DNA of 64,000 nucleotides from Octopus sinensis. Lineage: Eukaryota. The notes beneath the pieces were generated by a model. It was given only the letters and a program-made list of their open reading frames with translations, did no database searches and was not told the origin of the DNA. Position numbers and translations under genes: made by a program. Below, piece by piece: positions 24,401 to 35,754 of this stretch (positions within the stretch are counted from its first letter, which is position 1; every line of letters begins with the position of its first letter). The stretch lies in assembly GCF_006345805.1 (NCBI RefSeq), contig NC_043013.1:19282001-19346000 (forward strand). The letters run 5' to 3'.

Positions 24401-26100
24401 AGAATGTTCGTTATTTTTTTCAGTTTTTGATGCTAATGTATTCACCGGAATAAATATCGTCTCTTCTGTAGGACTTGACTCCGTCGTTTGAACACTGTCT
24501 GTTCTTGTTGTGGATTCTATCACATTAGTAACACGTGGTGTATCACCCCGCCATAAGGATGATCTTCGTTTCGGGCTATTTACAGAGGTGCTATCGGTTG
24601 AACGTGTAGCCGTTTGTCTTGTCGGTGCGAAAGAAGTTTTTTGTACAGTTTTGTCTTCGGCAGTATTGGTTATGTCTTTACGAAACGGCTTGGTATTGTC
24701 TATACTCGGAGTAACTTCTGATGGAGTAATACTGGCTGGCTCTACGAAAATACTGTTATTTTTAGTGGACGACATTTCAATATGTTTTGTAAAAATGGCC
24801 GAAGATGTTGACCCAACTATTTCTCTAGTGGTGTTTTCCTTTGGCATCACATGGGATGTGCTAGAGCTAGGCTGAGGTAAAGTTTGCTTGAGTTTACTCT
24901 CAGTGCTCTCGGTTGATGTTTCTGGCTTTGATGATAAATGCTGCGGCATATTTACATGTGTAGAAGTTGTGTTAAAATAATTCGATGTGGTAGGCGCTAC
25001 CGAATTTAAAATGAGATCATTGGTTGTTGCAAAGGATTCTTTAGTTTCTCTTCCGCTTGGTACTGTTGCTGTTGTTGTTGTTGTTGTGGTGGTGTTTGTC
25101 GTCGCCTTCGGTGACGATGTTGTTGATGTTGATATATTGTGTGAGTCAGTGATCTGATCCCTAATGCGGCCAGCCGTCATATTAGGCAGTTTGTTGTGTG
25201 TGGATGGTGTGGTGGCTTCCTGACTTGTTCCAGACAATTGGTCGCCGGGCAGCGATGAGACATTTGAAATAAGTTCCTCGTTTGTAGAAAGCGACGAAGA
25301 CGATGATAATGATAACGGTGATGGTGATGCAACTGCAGCTGACGTTGTTGGTGACGGCGATGTTGATGATGGTGATGATGCTGACGACGATGGTGTTGTT
25401 GATGCTGATGAATTAAAAGATGATAGTCGATGTGTAGCAGAGGAGGTTACTGGGTTTACGGAAGATAAAATCGTTGGTTCATCAGTGGAAGGAGTAACCA
25501 TATTGGGGCTCTGAGAAATCAAAGTATCTCCGTCATTTTTACCGCCAAAAATTCCAGAACCATCTTCCATATAACTTATATTAAATAAATCATTCATGGT
25601 GTCCTCCTGGAAAATTGATTCTGCATTATCGATTGTCTTCGCTTTGGATGCATCACTTGCAGATAAATAATTGGTAATATAGGCACCGGGGTGTTCACTA
25701 CTAAATTTCTTTTTTCTATCACTGGGATTATTGAAGTTCTCGCTCGTTAATAACTTTCTCGTCTGAAAAATATCAATCTTCTCAGAACGGTCTTTCTTGG
25801 ACGGAATCTCTCTGTTGCCCATACTTTCCTTGCGCTCAAGCGACGATTTTTCGTGACTTAAAGAAACAATTGCATTATTCCAGAACTTATTTCTTGTAGA
25901 AGATATCACTTCTAAATTCCTATCATGCTTAAGTTTGGAAATTAATCGCTTTGAGTAGAATCTTTTCTGTTGTCTCTGCTCTACTGGAACACGCTCCGTT
26001 TTCAAGCTCGCTATTCCAGTGATATTCATATATAAATACATTTTCGAAACTTCTAAAGTATCTTGATTGTTTTCCGCATATAATTTTGGTATCAATAAAA
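1..26100 (-). CDS. Giant single coding exon of a mucin-like PTS (Thr/Pro/Ser-rich) protein; 3' end lies outside the window
   Basis: ORFs 9536..26095 (5519 aa), 1995..8945 and 406..1941 join into one Thr-rich reading once single-base deletions at ~9569, ~2304 and ~457 are corrected; the frame stays open to base 1. The ORF-track start at 26095 is TTG, not ATG. It sits 5 nt after a splice acceptor (minus strand ttttttatttaatatag|TT TTA TTG ATA CCA, AG at 26102-26101, phase 1). No intron-like interruption is seen in 26 kb. Confidence 0.88.
3850..20800 (-). repeat. Degenerate TTTEP/TTTKP coding repeat field with roughly 6-aa, 7-aa and 8-aa periods
   Basis: Translation shows TTTEPT-type 6-mers (~17300-20500), TTTTEPT 7-mers (~10000-17300) and looser ~8-mers below 9 kb. 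The plus strand is dominated by ggttctgttgtggttgtt. Block boundaries are approximate. Confidence 0.85.
20903..22328 (-). repeat. Near-perfect coding minisatellite, 21-bp unit (VPTTATT) interspersed with 12-bp VPTT variants
   Basis: The plus-strand unit ggtactgtggttgctgttgtt is repeated almost without substitution. Six 1-bp deletions lie at about 21064, 21159, 21243, 21608, 21691 and 21783. Confidence 0.95.
23005..23575 (-). repeat. Coding tandem repeat, 105-bp (35-aa) unit TTQPDITIATKQPHTTTITQPEITTDTTQHHTTTA, about 5.4 copies
   Basis: The motif tgtgatgttg (or a variant) recurs at 23056, 23161, 23266, 23371 and 23476, a 105-bp spacing. The unit is built from 9+8+9+9-aa subunits within a wider degenerate 9-aa TTQxDxTTA region (~22330-23950). 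Confidence 0.9.
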
Positions 26101-26483
26101 CTATATTAAATAAAAAATGTTAAAAACCAAAACATATATTTTATTTTCTATTTATTATATTAATTTTCTAGATTTGAATTTAATTTAGTGTGTATTTAAA
26201 AATACTAACATCACAAACTATATTAAGAAAGTAAATATTTAATTTGATTTTCAAATTATGATTTTGCACAAATACAACAAACACGAAAGGGAATTACATG
26301 AAGTTAGAGTTATAAGAAAACATACAAACATTATATGAAATAATATCAAATAAGACACATTAAATAACAATAACACACACATGTGTATGTATGTATATGC
26401 CATGATACTACAAAAATAGCTTAGGTAGACGGCTGGACTTTCCAGGTAGGAGAGGATAGTCAATAAAACCTTCACAAGTTTAC

Positions 26484-26533
26484 CATTGGTACTTTTATCC
26501 AGCAAAGTACAATTGTTTGCTGCTGGATACGAA
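26484..26533 (-). CDS. Candidate 50-nt exon immediately upstream of the giant exon (xSYPAANNCTLLDKSTN-V)
   Basis: Acceptor t11gtctcttctacgttgtcag| and donor AATG|gtaaac. The exon is 1+48+1 nt, so it ends in phase 1 and G+TT gives Val, in frame with LLIPKLYAEN of the giant exon across a 383-nt intron. Confidence 0.5.
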
Positions 26534-27999
26534 CTGACAACGTAGAAGAGACAAAAAAAAAAATTTGTTCACTACTTTATCGATTGTGCCAATGTGACAC
26601 GTTACAAATTCTGCCAAAACCCTAATACATTTGTTCGGCGATCCGGCGATTCTACCAATACACAGTCGTTACAATAATAAAATAACAAATACAAAAATAA
26701 GTACAACGTTAATGCAATAATAACAATGATAAGTTTTAGGAAAGAAGAGAGCAGTGAAAGGAATTGCTATTGATATGAGTGATAATTCAATTCAAAGACC
26801 TTTAAGAAAAAAAAACGAGGTTAACCAAGGATCTTGCACTCAGAACTGCTGTTCTTACACCTTATCTTAGATTCTTTTCCTTTCTGGCGTTACTCATGTG
26901 CGCTATTATCTTTTTATTTTGTCTCTCTTTTTTTTATATCTTGTCTCTGACCCAATCACTAAGATTTAACTATATATTTTTGGTACCCTCTGCGTTTCGT
27001 TTTCATTGCATTAATTTCTGACAACTATGTCCGATAGTTGTTGATTCCACTAAAATAAGTAGAGTTGTCTAATGCAACGAAACCTCTAAGATCCCTAAAT
27101 AGACAGTTGGTGAGAGGTATCTTTCGATTATTTCGTCTGTATGTTTCCAATGTTTGTGCCTAATTTCTGTTCCTCTCCTCTCTAACTTTTTTTCTCAATA
27201 TATGCTTAAACACACTCACACACACGCACATGCACACACACGCACACACATGCACACACACATGCACACGCACACACATGCACACGCACACGCACACAGG
27301 CACAAACACAAACAACTGTGCACGTTTGTATGCGTGCGTTTATGCAGGTGTGTATACAATATTCATATTCTATATAACGACAAAAGGAGCGCTCAAGTAA
27401 CATGACGTACTTTTATGATATCAATATAATTATAATACACAGATGCATATGACTGATCCCCTGGTTATTATGCTGTTTATTTTAATGAGATATAAATCTC
27501 TCTATGTGAAGAACGTTTACACACAGAAAGCCAAAGAGATGCTTATCAATTATGCAATTGTCAATCGACTTCTATGTTGTAGTGATAAATTTTAAAACTG
27601 TATGGTACCTACTTAAACCAAAGTGTTCCTCTATCTGAACTCATAAATAACGTAGCCAGGGAACTACATATAAACACTGACCAGATTCTGACACTCAACC
27701 ACTCAACCAATTGGTTGGTTTTACTTTACTTTACTCATAATAACTCAAAATGCAGAATGGTGTTAATACATTTATGTGAACAGAGGCAAGAAGTAGCAAA
27801 GAGTGACTTACGATTGAGGAGTATACAAATTAACAAGAAACTTGTTTTACAAAAATACCGTAGAATCATAATTATCTGCAAGAAATCAAAAAATATAAAG
27901 TTAGAAAATATTTCCGAAGATGGAGTAAGATATTAAATGAGAATAAACAACTAATTCAGAAATGCAAACATTTAATAAAACTAATATGTATGATGTATA

Positions 28000-28354
28000 T
28001 ATGGGTTGGTTTCAGGTTCAGTCCTACCGCGCAGCCTTCTGAGCAAATCTCCTCTAGTATAGTCCCAGGCCGACCAATGCCATGTGAGTTAATTTTAGAG
28101 ACGGAAATTGTGTGGAAACCCGTATAATATATACACAACAACAACAACAACACCAACACACACACAACACATATATATATATGTATGTATGTGTATGTTT
28201 ATATAAGTATGTGTGTGCATATATATATATATATGGTTCCGGGTTCAGTCCCATGGCGTGGCACCTTGGGCAAGTGTCTTCTACTATAGCCTCGGGCCGA
28301 CCAAAGCCTTGTGAGTGGATTTGGTAGACGGAAACTGAAAAGACGCCCGTCGTA

Positions 28355-28417
<63 letters not shown>

Positions 28418-28605
28418 GTATAAGTGTGTGTGTTTGTCCCCCAACCCACCCCACCCACCCCACATAGCTTCACAACCGATGCTGGTGTCTTTACGTAACA
28501 TAGCGGTTCTGCAAAAGAGACCGATAGAATAAGCACTAGGCTTACAAGGAATAAGTCCTGGTGTCGATTTGCTCGACTAAAAGCGGTGCTCCAGCATGGC
28601 CACTG
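28000..28605 (+). mobile_element. Two SINE bodies of one family (ggttcagtccc...ccttgggcaagtgtcttctactatagcctcgggccgacc...gacggaaactgaaag) with internal microsatellite and 3' part
   Basis: Copies at ~28000-28125 and ~28233-28355, with a 3' segment at ~28430-28605. The family recurs at ~35500-35605(-), ~41910-42220(+), ~46625-46941 plus 48753-48850(-) and ~56700-56875(-). Confidence 0.75.
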
Positions 28606-28687
28606 AAACAACTAAAAGAAAAGAAAAAGAAAAGTAAAATATATACATACATATCTATCTATCTAGCTAGCTATCTATCTCGAATAT

Positions 28688-28733
<46 letters not shown>

Positions 28734-28742
28734 ATATATTAA

Positions 28743-29690
28743 TACGATGATCCGGTTCTTGACTGAAGACTGAGGGTTTCGAATGTCTGTCCGTGTTTAT
28801 TGATCGTCTTTTGAGTTATACGTTCTTGTCCATGTTGTATTTTTCTACATACCTTAACAATATTCCAGGCCCACGTACCTCTTAACATTATGTGAGCACA
28901 TATTTTAATAACTGGTACGACTCTTTGTTTGTCTCTCTCTCTATCTCTATCACTTTTACTTGATCTGCCCTTCTCTCTCTACTCATCCTCTTTTTCTCTT
29001 TTTCCTTGATTCTTTGGTCTAATCTTCCACTACCCTCCTATTTCTTTGTCTCTTCTGCATCACAGGTCGCTCTTCGACACCATCCATTCTCTCTCTGATT
29101 CCTTCTTTCTCTCTCTTCTCTCTCTTGTTGCGTTTGTCCTCCTCTCTCTCTCTCCTCTCTATCTCTCTTCAGTGCTCTCTTTCTTTTCTTTTCCTCTTCT
29201 CTGTTCACGTGACTGCTGGCGAAATCGCCTTTCAGCTTCTGACCAGCGTCGTGTTTAACATCGTTGGTTTTTGTCCGCCGCTATAGGCATCGCCGATAAG
29301 CTCCTTTCTTGCGCCAGAGAAAAAATTTGTTGCTTGTTATCAGTCGTAAGACACTTGTTGTTGTTTTCACCGTTAATGCTTCTGTATTCATGTTCTGTAT
29401 TCCATTATTTTTTTGTTTTTTTATATCGTCCCTTTGCGTCCTGGTGTCCGTATGCATTCGATCCTTTTCCAGGAATATACGCTCCCAGCTTAGTTTTTCT
29501 AATGCTCGTTGCCTTAGTTTTTCTTGGAGGGCTGGCCGTAATCTAGTAATCTCAAGATTAATCAGCCGAAATACTACGATGATCCGGTTCTTGACTGAAG
29601 ACTGAGGGTTTCGAATGTCCTGTCCGTGTTATTGTATCGTCTTCTTGAGTTATACGTTCTTGTCCATGTTGGATTTTTCTACATACCTTA
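28743..29690. mobile_element. Non-autonomous element with ~115-bp terminal direct repeats, embedded in (TA)n; Penelope pseudo-LTR-like
   Basis: tacgatgatccggttcttgactgaagactgagggtttcgaatg...ctacatacctta occurs at ~28743-28856 and again at ~29575-29690. The interior is CT-rich and non-coding, and both flanks are TA microsatellite. Confidence 0.6.
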
Positions 29691-29718
29691 TAGATTATAT
29701 CATATATATATATATATA

Positions 29719-29760
<42 letters not shown>

Positions 29761-30016
29761 TATATAAAATTATAAATGGGTGAAAAATCGATATTAATTT
29801 TATAATACCATTAATTTAACACCAAGTGGCTTAGCACAAAAAACTACGGAGAAAATACAAATTTATATATAAATTATTAGAGAGTTATCCACTATGTGGA
29901 TAACTCTAGTGCTAAAAATAGCTCCGAAGCAACCACAAAGATCTGTTTCCAACTAGAATCAAACAAACATTTAACGGAAGGAAAGTGAAATACAACGAAT
30001 AAATAGATTATATATC

Positions 30017-30058
<42 letters not shown>

Positions 30059-30197
30059 AACAATTGAAGTCCAGAGATGCTCATTATAAAAACGAGTAGT
30101 AGACCTCACAGATCTTACACTCCGAAGACTTTTCCCTATATACATTTATATACTTACGTAGTTTATATATCAAGACTAAGAGTGCTTATTTGCATCA

Positions 30198-30256
<59 letters not shown>

Positions 30257-30477
30257 CTCTGCACGTATATAAGCATATAGAAATGTATACGAACATACAT
30301 GCATACAAACATACGTACATGCGTGCATACATATATACATATAATATAGACATATGCATACATATATACAAACATACATACATACACAAACACATGCGTG
30401 TGTGTTATATGGCAACCATAGAAATGGTTATAGTAGAGTAATATGCTTTATTAATAAACCTATAAAGACATCACCAA

Positions 30478-30521
30478 AAACTGTTACTCAGAGTTTCACG
30501 TTCCCGTTCGTCGGACAGTTT
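30478..30521 (-). ncRNA. Minimal type I hammerhead-ribozyme-like motif (U4C core variant)
   Basis: Minus strand reads aaactgt-CCGACGA-acg ggaa cgt-GAAAC tctga GTA-acagttt: 7-bp stem I, 3-bp stem II, near-palindromic stem III and a GUA cleavage triplet. A truncated inverted copy lies at 30530-30546. Confidence 0.6.
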
Positions 30522-31095
30522 CTCAACCAAAACTGTCCGACGAACGATACGTATAGATAAATAGATAGAGAGATATGGAGGGAATATTTTTATGTGTGTA
30601 TGAATATGTATATATATATATATATATGTATACATGAGTATATGTATATTAAATAATTTATAGTAATCCGAGTATGCTGGTATAGTCATAAGTTAGGACA
30701 TACATATGTGTATATAAATATATGCTCATACTTGTACTGTTATATATGAGAAAATGGTTAGGATTCAATAGATTCCTTATAGGTATCTTCATACATATAA
30801 TGAAAAATGACTATACACTTATATGGATATATAAAGTTCAGGACGTGGATTCGAACTGGGTTGACTATGTATACATACTGGAGTTAAGGCGTTAATATAG
30901 GTATAGAAATACATATTTGATTAGTACTCTAATTGGAGTATTTGTGGATCTTTGGATATACTTATGTTCTCATGTAAATGGACATGAACATATACATATA
31001 ATTATGCGTGTGCATGCATATGCGAGGATTCTTTTTTTTATATATATAGGTAAAGACAAGTATGGTTGTCCATATAATTGAAATTCAGTTTATGC

Positions 31096-31432
31096 TGAGA
31101 CCCCCTTCGGTCATGAATGACCATGGGATTGCACCTAGAAAGTTACCCTCCCAGGCACAAGTCTGGGCAAGGTTGTTTATTGAAGACCAACAGCCTTGCA
31201 TGCATACCAGCCTCCCCTCTCCACGCCAATAGTGTTATCCAAGAGAAAGGCAACGGCCGATACAGCTTGGGACCTGTGATGCCGCAACTCATTTCTACAG
31301 CTGAGTGAACTGGAGCAACGTGAAATAAAGTGTCTTGTTCAAGAACACAACGCTCAGCCCGGTCCGGGATTCGTACTCACAACCTCACGATCGTAAGCTC
31401 GACGCTCTGACCACTGAGTCATGCGCCTTCAC
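31096..31432 (-). mobile_element. Full-length tRNA-derived SINE with CORE-like central domain
   Basis: Minus-strand head gtgaaggcgcatgactcagtggtcagagcg...gagtacgaatccc has A- and B-box-like motifs; body gtgttcttgaacaagacactt...cactcagctgtagaaatgag. Flanking repeat ccatataat at 31070-31078 and 31436-31444. Confidence 0.75.
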
Positions 31433-31971
31433 TGCCCATATAATATAAAATGTTATACACACATAAATTATGGGTTAATATACATCTGATCAGAATTAGT
31501 AATAGAACACTTGGAGATCAGTAGATATATTTTAGATTCTTGTATATATATATTTATATATATATGTATATAGGCATACTTATAACTTATTTAATCTAAT
31601 TTATTTCTCTATTTATATTTGAATGGGTTGTAGCAAGAGTACGAACAGATATAAAGACCATCACCCGCCATTATGTTATACAAATGCTATATTTTCACAC
31701 ACTCATAATGATATAATAATAATAATAACAAAAATAGAGACAAACATGATTTAAGCAATGGCATTAATAACCCGTCTATTGATATACATTAAACAAATAC
31801 ACCTAGACTAGCTCATCTTTAATAATAAAATTAAATAATTAAATTAAAACCCACAAATATGCAGAGTATTAATATTATTTAGTATTATCTTCAAGACTGA
31901 ATCATAACGTGTACGTGCATATATATCTGTATGGATATGTATGTGTGTATATACTTTTGTATGTATGTATG

Positions 31972-32031
<60 letters not shown>

Positions 32032-32117
32032 TTGTATACATATATATATACACATGTATACATATATGTGTATATATGTATATATATATATATATACATA
32101 CACACACACATACATAC

Positions 32118-32161
<44 letters not shown>

Positions 32162-32629
32162 ATTATATATATATATAATATATATATATATATAAAGGTA
32201 TGAAAGCATTAATACACACCAATTGATTAACTAATTATTTAATTAGTAATTGATTGATTGATTAGCTAATTAGCTGATTAGTTTACTATCTGATGCTTTT
32301 AAGTATCTTATTCAATTTATAAAAGTGTATCAAAGATTTATCCCCCTTCAACTATCAAAATAATATTACGAAAAAAATGGCGAAACATAAACATTCTACT
32401 ATTAGCTGGTACCCCAACTCAAATAAAACACTGATATTAAATAATTAAAATTAAATAACTAAATAAATAGATGGTCTAAATAAAAGATTAGATGATTAAT
32501 TATCTTATCCATTGATAAAAAAATTGTACTTATAATTCCCATCATAGAATTTCCCCTTGTAATGCTCATATGTTTTAGTAAATGCACATTTGATCCCACT
32601 AATTTGACGGATACACGTTTTTACATTTC

Positions 32630-32697
<68 letters not shown>

Positions 32698-32910
32698 TCT
32701 TTTATTGGCCACGGGGGCTGACAAAAATTAATTATAACATAAAGGGACAAAACAGGACGAAAGGTTACAAAGGGTTTTGTCCGTTTGTAAAAAACCATGT
32801 AAAAACAATGTAACAATCAAAAATTATAACAACGAAAAAGTCCCAATAGGGGGAGGCGTTACGAAAGGTTCCTGGTGGAAAAAAACCCCATAAAAGCCAA
32901 CGGGAGGAAT
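32630..32910 (-). mobile_element. 3' end of a non-LTR retroelement with AATAAA and (TTA)n tail
   Basis: Minus strand reads ...ggccaataaagaa followed by a long (tta)n run (32630-32697); no coding remnant is recognised. Confidence 0.4.
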
Positions 32911-33172
32911 GATAATGTCAGAAATTCAAAAGATAGTCATCATGGGAACTGCCCATATCCTACGTAAAATACTGTCTATGTAATTTCAAAATTTAAAATA
33001 AACTCATAATTTTTTTGTTTTCTTAAACATTCTCTAGAACAATACTTTGTGCAAGACCAAATATATGACATCCTAGGTATAACACCAACATGAACTTCTA
33101 ACCTCTTGTCTCTTGAGGTCTCTGGGTGAGACTTGGAGCCAACTTGTACAAATAGAAAGCAAAAGTCAAAAT
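32910..33172 (+). mobile_element. 3' terminus of an R4/Dong-type (RLE) LINE
   Basis: 32915-32983 translates MSEIQKIVIMGTAHILRKILSM*, the typical C-terminal IQK..L.GTAHILR motif. A 3' UTR and (TAC)n/(AAT)n follow. Confidence 0.7.
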
Positions 33173-33310
33173 ATACTACTACTACTACTACTACTACGTA
33201 TAATAATAATAATAATAATGATAATAATAATAATAATAATAACAACAATAATAACAATAGTGATAGTGGTATGTATCTATATATGCGCATGTATTTGTGC
33301 ATGCGTGTGT

Positions 33311-33885
33311 ACGTGTATATGAATTTATTTTTGTATGTACTCGTATGTTCCCTTCTATTTTTAATTCTTTGAAGTTTGCAGGTAAGGAAGGAGCTGGTTT
33401 CCAACAAAAGTACAAAGCTTCATCGTTGGAATGTAGATAACAAAAACATTTCAACTCGAGAAATGTTTTGCATATTTTTACTTTTCGGCATACACGTTGT
33501 ATTGTGATGCGTGTGTTAGCTGGTTGGTTGGTTTTTTCCGAAAACCCCCGGCTTAAGCGGATTGTCACTTGGGCATTTCCTCACAAAAGCAAGTTCACCA
33601 ATTGTTGTTGATATGAATTTGAATTTCTGAACTCTGTACAGAAACTGGAGGTTTTAAAAAAGTTAAACGTAGTTGTCCTCATACTCTTCGATTTTCGAAG
33701 AAATAGCAAGGCAGGTGACCTTTATGACGGTGTATACTTTTTCTTGTATGACCCGAAGAACTTTATCGCCCTATTTCGTTTCCCTTGGTAGAAGTTTTAA
33801 TGGGAATTTTCCACCAATATTACTTGTGCTGAGGAAAGTATCGAGCTGCCAGAATAATTAGCACGCCGAGTGATATCATTAGCGG
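33311..33885. repeat. Donor copy of a 575-bp local duplication
   Basis: Near-identical to 36364-36938, with scattered substitutions. Confidence 0.95.
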
Positions 33886-34030
33886 CATTTCGTCTGCTAT
33901 TACGTTCTCAGTAAAAATTCTGCCGGGGTCGACTTTACTTTTCATCCTTCGGTGTAGATAAAATAAGTACCGACTGAGTACTAGTGTTGATTTAATCGAC
34001 TTTCCCCTTCCCCGAATCTACTGGCTTTCT
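33858..34030 (+). mobile_element. SINE with Nin/Deu-like domain (gcctttcatcctttcggggtcgataaattaagtaccag family), diverged copy
   Basis: Matches the better-preserved copies at 41575-41760, 50451-50652 and 54812-55032 (+), and at 45205-45360, 45675-45770 and 57010-57162 (-). Confidence 0.7.
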
Positions 34031-34169
34031 GCTGATGCTTATATATGTATTCAATTACAAGGGTGTTTCTCTCTTCCAGGGCAATATATTTTTTTCGGAT
34101 GGCATTGTATATTTGTATATATGTTTGTACTTATTTATGAATAAATGTATTTATGAAAGTATGTGTATA

Positions 34170-34560
34170 TATCGTATGCATTTATGTATGTATGCATGCA
34201 TGTATGTATGTATGTATGTATGCATGTATGCATGTATGTATGCATGTATGCATGTATGTATGCATGTATGCGTGTATGTATATATGCATGCATGTATATA
34301 TGTATGTATGTATGTATGCATGCATGTATGTATTATGTATTACGTATGTATGTATGTATGTATGTATGGATGTATGCATGTATGTATGTATGCATGTATG
34401 TATGTATTATGTATTATGTATGTATGTATGTATGTATTATGTATTATGTATGTATGTATGTATGTATGTATGTATGTATTATGTATTATGTATTATGTAT
34501 GTATGTATGTATGTATGTATGTATGTATGTATGTATGTATGTATGTATGTATGTATGCAA
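34170..34560. repeat. (TATG)n/(CATG) compound microsatellite
   Basis: Direct reading; a similar (ATAC)n tract lies at ~59285-59462. Confidence 0.95.
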
Positions 34561-34889
34561 GGATGCGTGTATATAATTATGTGTGTATGCATTTCTTAAT
34601 GTTGGTGATCATATTCCAGGACTTATTATTTTTTGTAAAGCCTGATATTTATTCTGCCGTCCTCTTTTGCCGAACCACAAAGTTACAGGAACGTCAGCAC
34701 ACAATTGTCAACAACAATTGTCAAGCGGCGGTGGGAGACAAACGCATATACAAACACGCGCGAGCACACACATACACACACACACACACACACAGAGATA
34801 CACACGCACACACACACACCACACACACACACAGATACACACGCACACACACACATACACACACACATACACGACGACGACAACGATGA

Positions 34890-35100
34890 CGTGGGTTCCA
34901 GTTGATCCGATCAACGGCACAGACTGCTTGTAGCTTGTAAAATTAACGTGCAATTGGCTAAGCACGCAACAGACACATGTACCCTTAACATAGTTCTCAG
35001 GGAGACTCAGCGTGACACAGTGTGACAAGGCTGGCCCTTTGAAATACAAGTACAAGAGAAACAGGAAGAACGAGTAAGAGAAAGTAGGTGGTAAAAGAGT
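34890..35100 (-). mobile_element. Partial copy of the 49491-49872 SINE family
   Basis: Reverse complement matches the 3' half (ggcccctttgaaatacaggtac, cagcgtgacacag, gatccgatcaacgg). Further partial copies lie at ~52790-53010 and ~53690-53850. Confidence 0.75.
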
Positions 35101-35219
35101 AAAAGAGTGCTGCCGACAAAAAACTGCGCTTGCGCGGTGGATTTGAAAAATAATTAGAATGTATAAACAAGAGGCATATGCTGGATTCGCCTCATTTTTA
35201 TATGTTTAATCTAGTTGTA

Positions 35220-35288
35220 CCTGTTGATGAAGACTTCGCCTCGTAAATTATTTTATTTGCTAAAAAAAGTTTGAAACCATGGTCCAAG
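35220..35288 (+). ncRNA. Degenerate minimal hammerhead-like motif
   Basis: cctg-TTGATGA-agact...agttt-GAAAC catg GTC-caag, with a palindromic stem III loop. C3 is replaced by U without compensation and stem I has one mismatch. Confidence 0.35.
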
Positions 35289-35680
35289 AGATAGATGATA
35301 AATGTTTTTATTTTTCATTCCCTTCGAGACTTTTTATCCCTAATTAGTAGTTTGAACTTTAGCTGTTCCTTCTAGCGTTAGGGAGTCCTATGATGAATAC
35401 CTCTTAATGTGTTTAAATGTACACAGTATTTTATACAGTCGATTGACTAATTTTTCTATACGCTAGGCTACTGGTAGTAAAAATTATATATATATGACAG
35501 GCTTCTTTCAGTCTCCCAAATCCACTCACAAGGCTCTGTTCAGCCCAAATCTATAGAAGGTGCTTGCCCTCTGTACTACGCAGTGGGACTGAACCCAGAA
35601 CCATGTACCATATAGCCAAACCGTGTATGTATGTATGTGTGTATGTATATATGTGTGTATATATATACATATATATACAC

Positions 35681-35745
<65 letters not shown>

Positions 35746-35754
35746 ATATATAAT

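Noticed and set aside
1-26095. Three or four separate mucin genes, as the ORF track suggests
   Set aside because: Each break is a single-base frameshift within continuous repeat sequence, with no UTR, promoter or signal peptide between the pieces.
33360-33390. Recursive-splice-like tttgcag|gtaagg motif (duplicated at ~36430)
   Set aside because: It is on the plus strand, opposite to the only evident gene, with no supporting plus-strand exons.
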